From NCBI GenBank assembly GCA_048939465.1, contig JBHLPL010000038.1, positions 1-16,342 of the forward strand: DNA of 16,342 nucleotides, read 5' to 3'. The stretch is from Promethearchaeota archaeon. GTDB taxonomy: Archaea; Asgardarchaeota; Odinarchaeia; Odinarchaeales; JBHLKK01. Within the stretch, counting starts at the first letter, position 1. Each line of letters begins with the position of its first letter. Both the position numbers and the translations under genes were made by a program. The notes beneath the pieces are model-generated. The model had not been told where the DNA came from and made no database searches. It saw only the letters and a program-made list of their open reading frames with translations. Shown in pieces: positions 1 through 7,153 of this stretch.

Positions 1-823
1 TTCTACTTATTCTTCCTGGCACAGTCACATGCACAGGTTCCGGAATTTCATCGAATCTTCGAGATATTGCATAGCTCGCGAGTTTTCCTGTATTCAGAAT
101 AATCCCCCGGATTATCTCCAAAAAGGATCCTGCGGGTCCCCACCTGGTCCCTGTGAGGGCTGATATTATTTCCATGCTGATGTTTCTGACATACGACACG
201 GCTTTTTCTTTGTTAAGAGTTCTATTCTCTTTACTAAGGTATTCATCGAGCATCATGCTGTCAATGCGAACTGTGCTCCACAATGGAACTGAGGCTTGAC
301 CATGCTCGCCACCAACAAAAGCTTCAATTAGCCTCATTGGGACATCTAACTCCCTGGATAATATAGTCCTGAATCGAGATGTTTCAAGGTTTGTGCCGGT
401 GCCAACGACTTTACGTTTACCCTCAGCAAGCCTATGAGCCAACGTAGATAGAGCATCAACAGGATTAGTTATGACAAAGTACCAGGCACTTGGATTATTG
501 TCTATTGAGTTTGTGAGAATATCATGGACTACTCTGGCATTCTCCCATGTAAGATCTCTACGGGTCATCCCGGGCTTTCTCGGAGAACCTGCAGCAACAA
601 CGATCAGATCAGCATCATCTATATATTTTGAATGATTGAAGGACTCAATCTCCATTTCAAATCCGTGTGCTGCAACAGCATGATTTAGCTCTTCTCTTAC
701 CATCTCAGCAACCTTTGGAGCTGTATCGATTAGAGTCAATTTCCCAACATATTTCTCAAAAACAAGAGTATATGCGATTCCTTGACCGACTCTGCCGGTC
801 CCAGCTATCGCCACGTGCACCAT
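1..823 (-). CDS. mdh: LDH-like NAD-dependent malate dehydrogenase (3'-partial, runs off window start)
   Basis: Not in the ORF track. I translated it by hand from the ATG at 823 (GGTGA RBS just upstream): MVHVAIAGTGRVGQG (Rossmann), GSPRKPGMTRRDL (substrate loop with the MDH-type Arg), VITNPVDA, NLETSRF, GGEHG (catalytic His), TRWGPA. The frame stays open to the window edge. Confidence 0.88.
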   Translation of the reverse strand, partial: MVHVAIAGTGRVGQGIAYTLVFEKYVGKLTLIDTAPKVAEMVREELNHAVAAHGFEMEIESFNHSKYIDDADLIVVAAGSPRKPGMTRRDLTWENARVVHDILTNSIDNNPSAWYFVITNPVDALSTLAHRLAEGKRKVVGTGTNLETSRFRTILSRELDVPMRLIEAFVGGEHGQASVPLWSTVRIDSMMLDEYLSKENRTLNKEKAVSYVRNISMEIISALTGTRWGPAGSFLEIIRGIILNTGKLASYAISRRFDEIPEPVHVTVPGRISR

Positions 824-908
824 ATGAATCACCTATAGAAGATTTCATTTGATGATTATGCAGAATGATACGGGCTCATCTCGTTAAGGATTAAGATAGC
901 TTGTGGAT

Positions 909-1601
909 TCAGCTTATTATTCTTACGGTATATTCACTCTTGAGGCTTCTCTTCAATACCGGATCGAACATTTCTAACTTCCAAGTATCAGTAAATAACA
1001 TTTGCCTTTTGATTGTTGGAATCGTTCCTGCAAATACGATTGTTCCCGAGAGCTCTTCACCTATGTGATCTTTGATTATGGATATTAGATCATTCCACTT
1101 CAGGAGGAGCTCCAGTTTACCGTCTTGATACAGCTCCATATTGCCTTGACTTCGAATCCAAGATCTCATAATCAACTCATCCCAGTGATCCTCAACTTCT
1201 TCATAGAGCCATACAGTGCTCGACATAATCTTGGGAACCGCATCTTTCGATTCTTTCAGATCGTGTTTTTCCATCTCCCTGTCTGTATGGTCGCTTCCAA
1301 CCGCAACATAAGTTCTGGATCCATCAACCAGAATCACGTATTCAACTTCCCCAGAGGTCTTTTCATGTTCCACGTGAATGGTGCTACCGGTTGTCAGACG
1401 CGCAGGGCTGACAGGTAGCACTAAGGGTACGCTAACCCCTTGGCAGATTATGCCAATTTCTCTTGCCTCTTCCATGTGTTTCAAAACCAGAGCCTTGTTC
1501 CTCCCTGTGAAGCCGAGACAAAATAGGTTTTTTGCAGAATATCGTATTGGGTACTTTCCTCTTAGGGTCTGTACGGTCAAGGGAAGTATATTCTCAGTCA
1601 T
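909..1601 (-). CDS. DUF2848 family protein (probable FAH-like fold, function unknown)
   Basis: Motifs GFTGRN..V.KHMEE, TSGEVEY, VGSDHTDREME, LIMRSW, LYQDG and GTIP are typical of DUF2848. GGAGGT RBS upstream of the ATG. Confidence 0.8.
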   Translation of the reverse strand: MTENILPLTVQTLRGKYPIRYSAKNLFCLGFTGRNKALVLKHMEEAREIGIICQGVSVPLVLPVSPARLTTGSTIHVEHEKTSGEVEYVILVDGSRTYVAVGSDHTDREMEKHDLKESKDAVPKIMSSTVWLYEEVEDHWDELIMRSWIRSQGNMELYQDGKLELLLKWNDLISIIKDHIGEELSGTIVFAGTIPTIKRQMLFTDTWKLEMFDPVLKRSLKSEYTVRIIS

Positions 1602-1768
1602 TGATCGACCTCCATTTGAGGAGAGACGGATGTATTATTTTTCGTGGTATCAGGATAGATCTGTCTTGTGATATTCCTTGCTGGATGAAAGCCAACCGTT
1701 TCCGTTGACAACCATTTGATTTTGCGTGTAGTTCGTTGTTCGGAAACTTGGAACGTATGAAAGATGCA

Positions 1769-2707
1769 TCAGACGTTTCTTAAGAGATCAATTATTCTTT
1801 CTGCCAACATGGTACTTATCGATCTTTGGGTCTCTATTGTGGATGCCCCTATATGAGGCGTGCAAACTACGTTCGACAACCTCAGCAGAGGATTATCTAG
1901 GGGAGGTTCCTCCTCAAAAACATCAAGTCCCGCTCCGGCCAGTTTGCCTGTTTTCAAGGCCTTGTATAACGGTTCTTCGTCTACTATAGCGCCTCGAGCT
2001 GCATTTACTACATAGGCCCCATCTTTCATTGTTTCTATTTCTCTTTCTCCGATTAGGTGGTGTGTTTCGGGGAGTAATGGCACATGCAACGTTATTATGT
2101 CTGACTTTTTCAAAAGTTCATAAAGGCCTTCCTTTGATGGGCCATGATCCTCAACCTCCATTTCTCTTGCTTTCAAGAGACATGATTCGATGACGTCGTA
2201 GCAGAGCACATTCATTTCAAAGCCTTTGGCTATACTTGCCACTATCTGGCCTATCCTACCAAAGCCGATTATGCCAATGTTTTTTCCTTTTAATTCTTTA
2301 CCTAAAAGTCCTTTCTTAGTCCACTTGCCTTCCTTTAGGCCTTTATCGGCTTTCGGAATTTGCCTGAAAAGCGAAAGAAGTAGAGCGAAGACTAGCTCAG
2401 CAACCGATTCTGAGGCGGCCCCGGGTATGTTTAACACCTCGATATTGCGTTTCTTGGCGGCCTCTAAGTCAATATTGTCAAGTCCCACTCCAGCACGGGC
2501 AATTATCTTGAGGTTCTTCCCGGATTCCACGATTTCTTTATTCACCAATGTTCTGCTCCGGACGATGATTACGTCAAAGGTTTTGATCATCTCCTTTAAT
2601 CTCTCATGAGTTAGGTCTAGAGACTCCAGAACCTCGAATCCTGATTTCTTTAGCAAGTCGAGGCCGTCTATATGTATTGGTTCTGTAACAAGCACTCTCT
2701 TGGTCAT
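1769..2707 (-). CDS. serA: D-3-phosphoglycerate dehydrogenase-like D-2-hydroxyacid dehydrogenase (short form, no ACT domain)
   Basis: IIVRSRT, ARAGVGLDNID, GIIGFGRIG, HVPL.PET, VNAARG, LDVFEEEP, TPHIGAST. The family is certain; the substrate is inferred from the VRSRT and HIGAST motifs. Confidence 0.75.
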   Translation of the reverse strand: MTKRVLVTEPIHIDGLDLLKKSGFEVLESLDLTHERLKEMIKTFDVIIVRSRTLVNKEIVESGKNLKIIARAGVGLDNIDLEAAKKRNIEVLNIPGAASESVAELVFALLLSLFRQIPKADKGLKEGKWTKKGLLGKELKGKNIGIIGFGRIGQIVASIAKGFEMNVLCYDVIESCLLKAREMEVEDHGPSKEGLYELLKKSDIITLHVPLLPETHHLIGEREIETMKDGAYVVNAARGAIVDEEPLYKALKTGKLAGAGLDVFEEEPPLDNPLLRLSNVVCTPHIGASTIETQRSISTMLAERIIDLLRNV

Positions 2708-2745
2708 AACAATCCCTGCGAATCGCTTTAAGTGGAGTTTGAAAC

Positions 2746-4197
2746 CTACTGCGCGGGATATAAGTTTTTCGTAATCCGTGTGAATGCTGCTTTTTGTATT
2801 TCATATACTTTCTCGTTCTGTGGATTTGGCAGGAAGGTCTTTCTTGCACTTACAGTCTCTCTTGCCATTTCTGTAATTGCCTTTTTCCTTTTGCTCAGAC
2901 CCCAGCAGGCAATAATGGCAGAACCCTTTGCCGGTACGCTGGTTTCCGCAACTCTTACGATACGTCCGGTCACGTCAGCAAAAATCTGGTTTTGAATGTC
3001 ACTCTTTGCTCCCCCTCCGCAAACCCTGATCTCATTTACTTCGGTTTTGCTCAGATTCTTGATAATTTTCAAGGTCTGGTCCAACAGTATCGCATTTCCT
3101 TCCAGAAAGGCCCGGAAGATATTTCCAGGCGTGCAATTTTCTTTGGTCAAACCGACCAAATATCCCTTGACATCCGGATTAAAATCCGGAACGCGTGTTC
3201 CAACCCACTGAGGCTGGGCTATCAGTCCTCCAGATCCTGGAGGCGCTCCTTCAGCTTCGTTGTCAAGTTCCCGTAGACCCATTCCCAATAGTCGGCTGAC
3301 AAGTTCCAGACATCTTGTTCCGGCGTCGGTTGCTCCTCCAACGACGTACTTGTTTTCTATGTATGCTTTGTGATATAATCGCTTTTTTGGATCTGGAGTT
3401 ATTTGGTTTACCACCGCATGAATAACCATAGTCGCTCCCATGTTGACACCTACTTGGCCCGCTTCAATGACTCCCGCGCTTAAGTCACCCGCAGTTGCAT
3501 CGGTCACACCGTTGATTATGGGCGTATTTCTTGGTATTTCAGATTCTCTACTTATCTCATACGTGGTATTACCAACGATTTCCCCTATGGGTCTTATTGA
3601 AGGCAATAGATCTAGGTCAATATCTAGGTCTGCATATATCTGTTCTTGATACCTTCCTGTCCTTATGTCCGTGTGAGCCTTACCTGCTGTGTTGGGGCTT
3701 GTAGAGGGTTCCCCACAGAGCTTCATTACTATGAAGTCATTCTCATGGAGAATCTTGTAAGTTCTAGCGAGTATCTTGGTGTTTTTCCGCAACCATAGTA
3801 TCTTTGGTATCACCAAAGTCGGGTCGAGCGGTAGAAAAACCTCGTAGTCGCTTGCCGACTGACTTCTCTCGACGATTTCTCCTAATTCGGCTTGTGCCCT
3901 TTTATCGTCATACATTATCTCAGGGTAGAGAGGGGCTCCTTCTCGATTTACGGGCACGATTGTGCCGCTTGTGGCATCAACGCATATGGCAGCTAATTCC
4001 CTCCGACTCTGCAACTTGTTTACTGTCGAAACTACGCTATGCCAAAGTTTCGTGGCGTCTCTTTGAACCCAGTAGGTTTGAGGGGTCTTCAAAAGGTCGG
4101 AGACGTCAGTCTCTGCAAACTCCAGAATCTTTCCGTAATCATTCAATACGACAGCTTTTATGCTTGTAGTCCCGACATCAATCCCTAAGAATCTCAC
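2746..4197 (-). CDS. FGGY-family carbohydrate kinase, D-ribulokinase-like (SePSK/AtXK1-like) subtype
   Basis: FLGIDVGTTSIKAV, ICVDATSGT, GVTDATA, NMGATMVI, GGATDAG, FLEGNA, VCGGGAKS. Probable start is GTG at 4197 (track start 4251), overlapping the RuBisCO stop by 20 nt. Confidence 0.85.
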   Translation of the reverse strand: MRFLGIDVGTTSIKAVVLNDYGKILEFAETDVSDLLKTPQTYWVQRDATKLWHSVVSTVNKLQSRRELAAICVDATSGTIVPVNREGAPLYPEIMYDDKRAQAELGEIVERSQSASDYEVFLPLDPTLVIPKILWLRKNTKILARTYKILHENDFIVMKLCGEPSTSPNTAGKAHTDIRTGRYQEQIYADLDIDLDLLPSIRPIGEIVGNTTYEISRESEIPRNTPIINGVTDATAGDLSAGVIEAGQVGVNMGATMVIHAVVNQITPDPKKRLYHKAYIENKYVVGGATDAGTRCLELVSRLLGMGLRELDNEAEGAPPGSGGLIAQPQWVGTRVPDFNPDVKGYLVGLTKENCTPGNIFRAFLEGNAILLDQTLKIIKNLSKTEVNEIRVCGGGAKSDIQNQIFADVTGRIVRVAETSVPAKGSAIIACWGLSKRKKAITEMARETVSARKTFLPNPQNEKVYEIQKAAFTRITKNLYPAQ

Positions 4198-5512
4198 GAA
4201 TGTCCCTCGCGAAGCCAGGTTTTTTTGAGTATATGTGAGGCCAATGTTCAAGCGCCAATCTTAGTTCTTCGTGATCTCTCGAATACTCTTCCAAGGACAC
4301 ATTTTTCATTACCGCGTCTATTGCCTGCTTCATCGCTTTCGCCCCGGATCTGGTTCCTTTTGGATGGCCATGAATACCGCCACCTGCGTTTATCACGATA
4401 TCTTTGCCTAGAACATTAATGTTCTCTGGAACTAGACGTGGGTGAATTCCTCCTGATGCCACTGGAAACACTTTTTTCAATCCGTGCCAATCTGATAGTA
4501 GGAATGAATTCACTTCCTTCACTTCTTCTACTTCCTCCTTCAGCCCCATCTTTCCAGCAGCTGTCCCTGTATGCAGCTGGTCCCCACCAGCAAGCCTAAC
4601 GAGCTTTGCAACGACTTTCATGCTGATGCCGTGTTTCGGATTGCGAGTGAAGGCTCCGTGCATAGCTCTATGGACATGGATTGGGACTTTTATGGACGGA
4701 TCTTCTGCGAGAACCCTGAGAGAAGAAAAACCGGTTAATATGACGTCCACCATTATGCAATTGGCTCCCTGTTCCACGGCTAGATCCGCTAACCTCAGCA
4801 TTCTGTCAATCTTAGAGCTTATATTCAGGGCATACATGGGTCTTCTTCCAGTCTCTTCTTTTGCCTTGTCAAGTTCCTCCATTACCTTGACTAATCTTTC
4901 TTCAAGAGGGCAGAATCTCTGACTGGCCAAGGTTTCGTCATCCTTTATAAGATCAACTCCACCCAACGAAGCCTCATAGGCAACCTTGGACATCTCTTCA
5001 GGTGTTAATCCAACTTTAGGCTTCACAATAGTTCCAAGATGGGGGCGGCCCGACTCAACGGTCCCAACTATCTTTCTAATACCTTGAATTCCGAATTTGG
5101 GCCCTGAAAAGACTCTTGCAAAGGTTTTTGGGAAATCTACATCGAGAAGACGAACATTTCTTAGACTTCCCAAACCAAACAAGTTTCCGGCTATCATACT
5201 TAAGAGGTTGGGGATTCCACCGATTTCCGGATCAAAGAGGGCTGTCGGGAAAGCTATCTTGATTATACCGGTTCCACCCTTATCATACTTGAAAACCTTT
5301 GCAGGTAAGGTTTTTTTTATTCTCTCTGTAGACGTCGTGACCTCCGTCCATGTTCCAATCGACTCTTCAATTGCTATCTGCTCTCCTGCCTTAACAGTCG
5401 ACGGAAAATCTGTCTCCACATAGTATGTTGCGATAAGGTTCTTGTCTGGATCAATCTTGTCTGGCGGGGCGTAGAATATATCATTGACCTCTACTCCGTC
5501 TATCATTTTCAT
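4178..5512 (-). CDS. rbcL: RuBisCO large subunit, form III / form III-like
   Basis: EESIGTWT, AGNLFG, GTIVKPKVGL, GVDLIKDDE, HVHRAMH, LHTGT..GKM, VASGGIHP, AGGGIHGHP. Probable start is ATG 5512 after an AGGTGGGTG RBS (the track start at 5539 lies within the RBS region). Confidence 0.9.
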   Translation of the reverse strand: MKMIDGVEVNDIFYAPPDKIDPDKNLIATYYVETDFPSTVKAGEQIAIEESIGTWTEVTTSTERIKKTLPAKVFKYDKGGTGIIKIAFPTALFDPEIGGIPNLLSMIAGNLFGLGSLRNVRLLDVDFPKTFARVFSGPKFGIQGIRKIVGTVESGRPHLGTIVKPKVGLTPEEMSKVAYEASLGGVDLIKDDETLASQRFCPLEERLVKVMEELDKAKEETGRRPMYALNISSKIDRMLRLADLAVEQGANCIMVDVILTGFSSLRVLAEDPSIKVPIHVHRAMHGAFTRNPKHGISMKVVAKLVRLAGGDQLHTGTAAGKMGLKEEVEEVKEVNSFLLSDWHGLKKVFPVASGGIHPRLVPENINVLGKDIVINAGGGIHGHPKGTRSGAKAMKQAIDAVMKNVSLEEYSRDHEELRLALEHWPHIYSKKPGFARDIREILRD

Positions 5513-5548
5513 GGTGTATGCACCCACCTTCCCATTCACAGAAGCAGG

Positions 5549-5563
5549 TTTTAATCTTTTCCA
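5549..5563 (-). promoter_or_regulatory. Putative BRE+TATA promoter of the RuBisCO operon; the same AT box could serve the + strand
   Basis: The minus strand reads TGGAAAAG-ATTAAAA about 37 nt upstream of the rbcL ATG, leaving room for the RBS. The + strand reads GAAGCAGG-TTTTAATC about 25 nt before the structured segment. Confidence 0.45.
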
Positions 5564-5578
5564 TTTTAGAGTTTCTGG

Positions 5579-5826
5579 TCTGTGAACGGCATCTTGCCAG
5601 TCTCCGCGGATGCAGCCTTTCCGAAAGGGAAGAAAATTCCCGAGCTGTGAGAAGGTAAGGATCTTTGCATTGAGTGGAAGTCGGGAACTAGCGGGATAGA
5701 TTCCTTGTCGTCTGATAATGGAGACAAGTACCTTCCAGAAGTCGAAGGATGCGCACTGATGAGAAATGAGGCTGCTCTATTTCCAGATGCCTGAACGAAT
5801 CGAAAGGTCGCAGACAAATTCACGGA
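5579..5826 (+). ncRNA. Candidate structured RNA, group II intron domain I-II-like
   Basis: Complementary pairs 5579-5586/5819-5826, 5588-5594/5785-5791, 5612-5618/5769-5775, 5627-5631/5637-5641, 5651-5657/5729-5735 and 5704-5709/5723-5728, plus a GAAA-capped hairpin at 5796-5810. No credible protein in any frame. Confidence 0.4.
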
Positions 5827-5856
5827 AGCTGTAAAAAGGGGGTGTAGACGGATAAG

Positions 5857-6750
5857 CTACTTGTTTAATTTTGATGGCTGGAGGATCGCCATGCTGGGAA
5901 CCTTCCGATTAGATTGTGAGTTCCCCTTGTATTCGAGTTCCATCATTCTGCTTATGAGTGGAAGCTCAATCTTTGGCTGGCCATAGCAATAGACACATCC
6001 ATTTGGGCACTGGTAATACCAGCCGATGTCAATACTCGTTGTACATCTGCATAATGGCCTTTGTCCAAGAGGCTTTTCAAGACTGCATTTCTCTCCCTTT
6101 GGATGGAGGTTAGAAAGAAGCGTTCCGTCGATGCAGCCGGCTGCGGGGAAAAAGGGCTGTGTGCAGCATCCTTTTATGTCAATGGCGAGACGCTTCTCCC
6201 AAGTTCTAAGCTTCCTGGCTTGCTTCTTCTTGATTGAGTCGTTTGGCTCCAATTCTGCAAAACCGAGTGCTTCAAGTCTCCTTCTCACTTTGCTATAAGC
6301 GCTCATCCATGAGACAGTGAATCTTGTAATTCCATTATCAATGGATCCTTCAGCAACTCGTGGAAATAGATGAAAATTGCTTATGGCCATACCACTTTCA
6401 TGAACGATGTTGATAATGGGGTCAAACCTCACACTGATTCGCCTTGGAGTCCCGACCAAATCGACAACCTTGGGAAGAAAGCTTATTGTCTCTTCGAAAG
6501 GCCGAATATTTGGTTCCAAGAAATGAGACCCAAGACCGGTAATGCTTATGTGTAAATAGAGTTGATCATATTCCTGAAGGCGTTTCAGCAGCCTACGACA
6601 TTTGTGTGAATGAAGTAACTGGGGTTTTTTTGTCCATATAACAATTGTGTGGACCCTTCTTGGCGGGTATTTGTCCAGCGCTTCTAGGAAACGGTCTGGA
6701 AAGCAAAGAAATTCCACCCTACGGCTTGCTGACAAAACAAGCTTTTTCAT
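5857..6750 (-). CDS. DUF1848 family protein (radical-SAM/SPL-like, C-terminal CxxxCxxC)
   Basis: N-terminal LSASRR, IWTKKP, SITGLG..LEP, VRFDPI, GCC, GCID, QRPLCRC..SIDIG.Y.QCPNGCVYCY. Probable start is ATG 6750 (track 6789). Confidence 0.85.
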   Translation of the reverse strand: MKKLVLSASRRVEFLCFPDRFLEALDKYPPRRVHTIVIWTKKPQLLHSHKCRRLLKRLQEYDQLYLHISITGLGSHFLEPNIRPFEETISFLPKVVDLVGTPRRISVRFDPIINIVHESGMAISNFHLFPRVAEGSIDNGITRFTVSWMSAYSKVRRRLEALGFAELEPNDSIKKKQARKLRTWEKRLAIDIKGCCTQPFFPAAGCIDGTLLSNLHPKGEKCSLEKPLGQRPLCRCTTSIDIGWYYQCPNGCVYCYGQPKIELPLISRMMELEYKGNSQSNRKVPSMAILQPSKLNK

Positions 6751-7045
6751 TGAATGAACCCCAGTGCGTTTATCATAATACTTGTTCACTAATTCGTCTG
6801 ATGAAACACAGGAGCGATATGAGATATATGCATATTCCTTTTGCTGCTACTCAGATACTGTCAAGGTTCGCATCATTGAGAGGTTGCACAGTACCATGAA
6901 GTCGACCCGCAACCCGTTTCATGGCACAATTTGTCCAATGTGTTACCCACAGCATAATTGGATCCTTAATAGGATCGGAATTAATGTTTATCCTATTTGC
7001 TGCAAACCGATTAAATTCTGTTCCATTTGCTATTAGCACGTTTTG

Positions 7046-7097
7046 AAATAATACAATAAGGCAATTTCTGCGACATTTCTGTCAATACGTTTTTAAG
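7046..7097 (+). promoter_or_regulatory. Putative promoter of dppB copy 1 (AAATAATACAATAAG box + TTTTTAAG TATA-like box)
   Basis: Both boxes recur with nearly identical spacing upstream of the second dppB (8350-8402), while the flanks have diverged. Confidence 0.55.
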
Positions 7098-7131
7098 AAG
7101 ACATAAGCATAGATTGGCCAGACGGACCAGA

Positions 7132-7141
7132 TATGCACATA
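7132..7141. promoter_or_regulatory. Palindromic TATG-N2-CATA candidate operator
   Basis: TATGCACATA lies downstream of the TATA-like box; its counterpart TATGGACATA is at 8420-8429. Confidence 0.35.
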
Positions 7142-7153
7142 AAGCGAATCTAG

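Noticed and set aside
667-4922. Plus-strand ORFs at 667, 1125, 1378, 2226, 2732, 2794, 2996, 3440, 3804, 4225 and 4620
   Set aside because: All overlap well-supported minus-strand genes in antisense and show no motifs.
4178-5512. Form IV RuBisCO-like protein, as in apiose/hamamelose catabolism or methionine salvage
   Set aside because: KPK, KDDE, HRAMH, H327 and loop-6 Lys equivalents are all retained, whereas RLPs typically lose several. Kept only as a caveat on substrate.
5538-5553. ACAGAAGCAGGTTTTA, similar to RNase P CR-V
   Set aside because: No upstream GAGGAAAGUCC CR-I element; it lies in the 30-60 nt directly upstream of rbcL.
5624-5655. Cobalamin or FMN riboswitch-like AAAGGGAA...TTCCCGAGCTGTGA
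   Set aside because: It lacks the CCCCGCAACUGU (cobalamin) or AGUCCG/GGAUGGGAG (FMN) cores and is oriented away from any downstream gene.
5756-5805. Hammerhead ribozyme or C/D-box sRNA suggested by CTGATGA ... CTGA/GAAA
   Set aside because: The stem after CTGATGA is followed by CAGAT, not GAAA, and no stems I/III are evident. The C-to-D distance (~28 nt) is too short and there is no D'/C' pair.
5566-5823. 85-aa minus-strand ORF between DUF1848 and rbcL
   Set aside because: Ser/Pro/Phe-rich with no motif or RBS; better explained as the antisense of a purine-rich structured segment.
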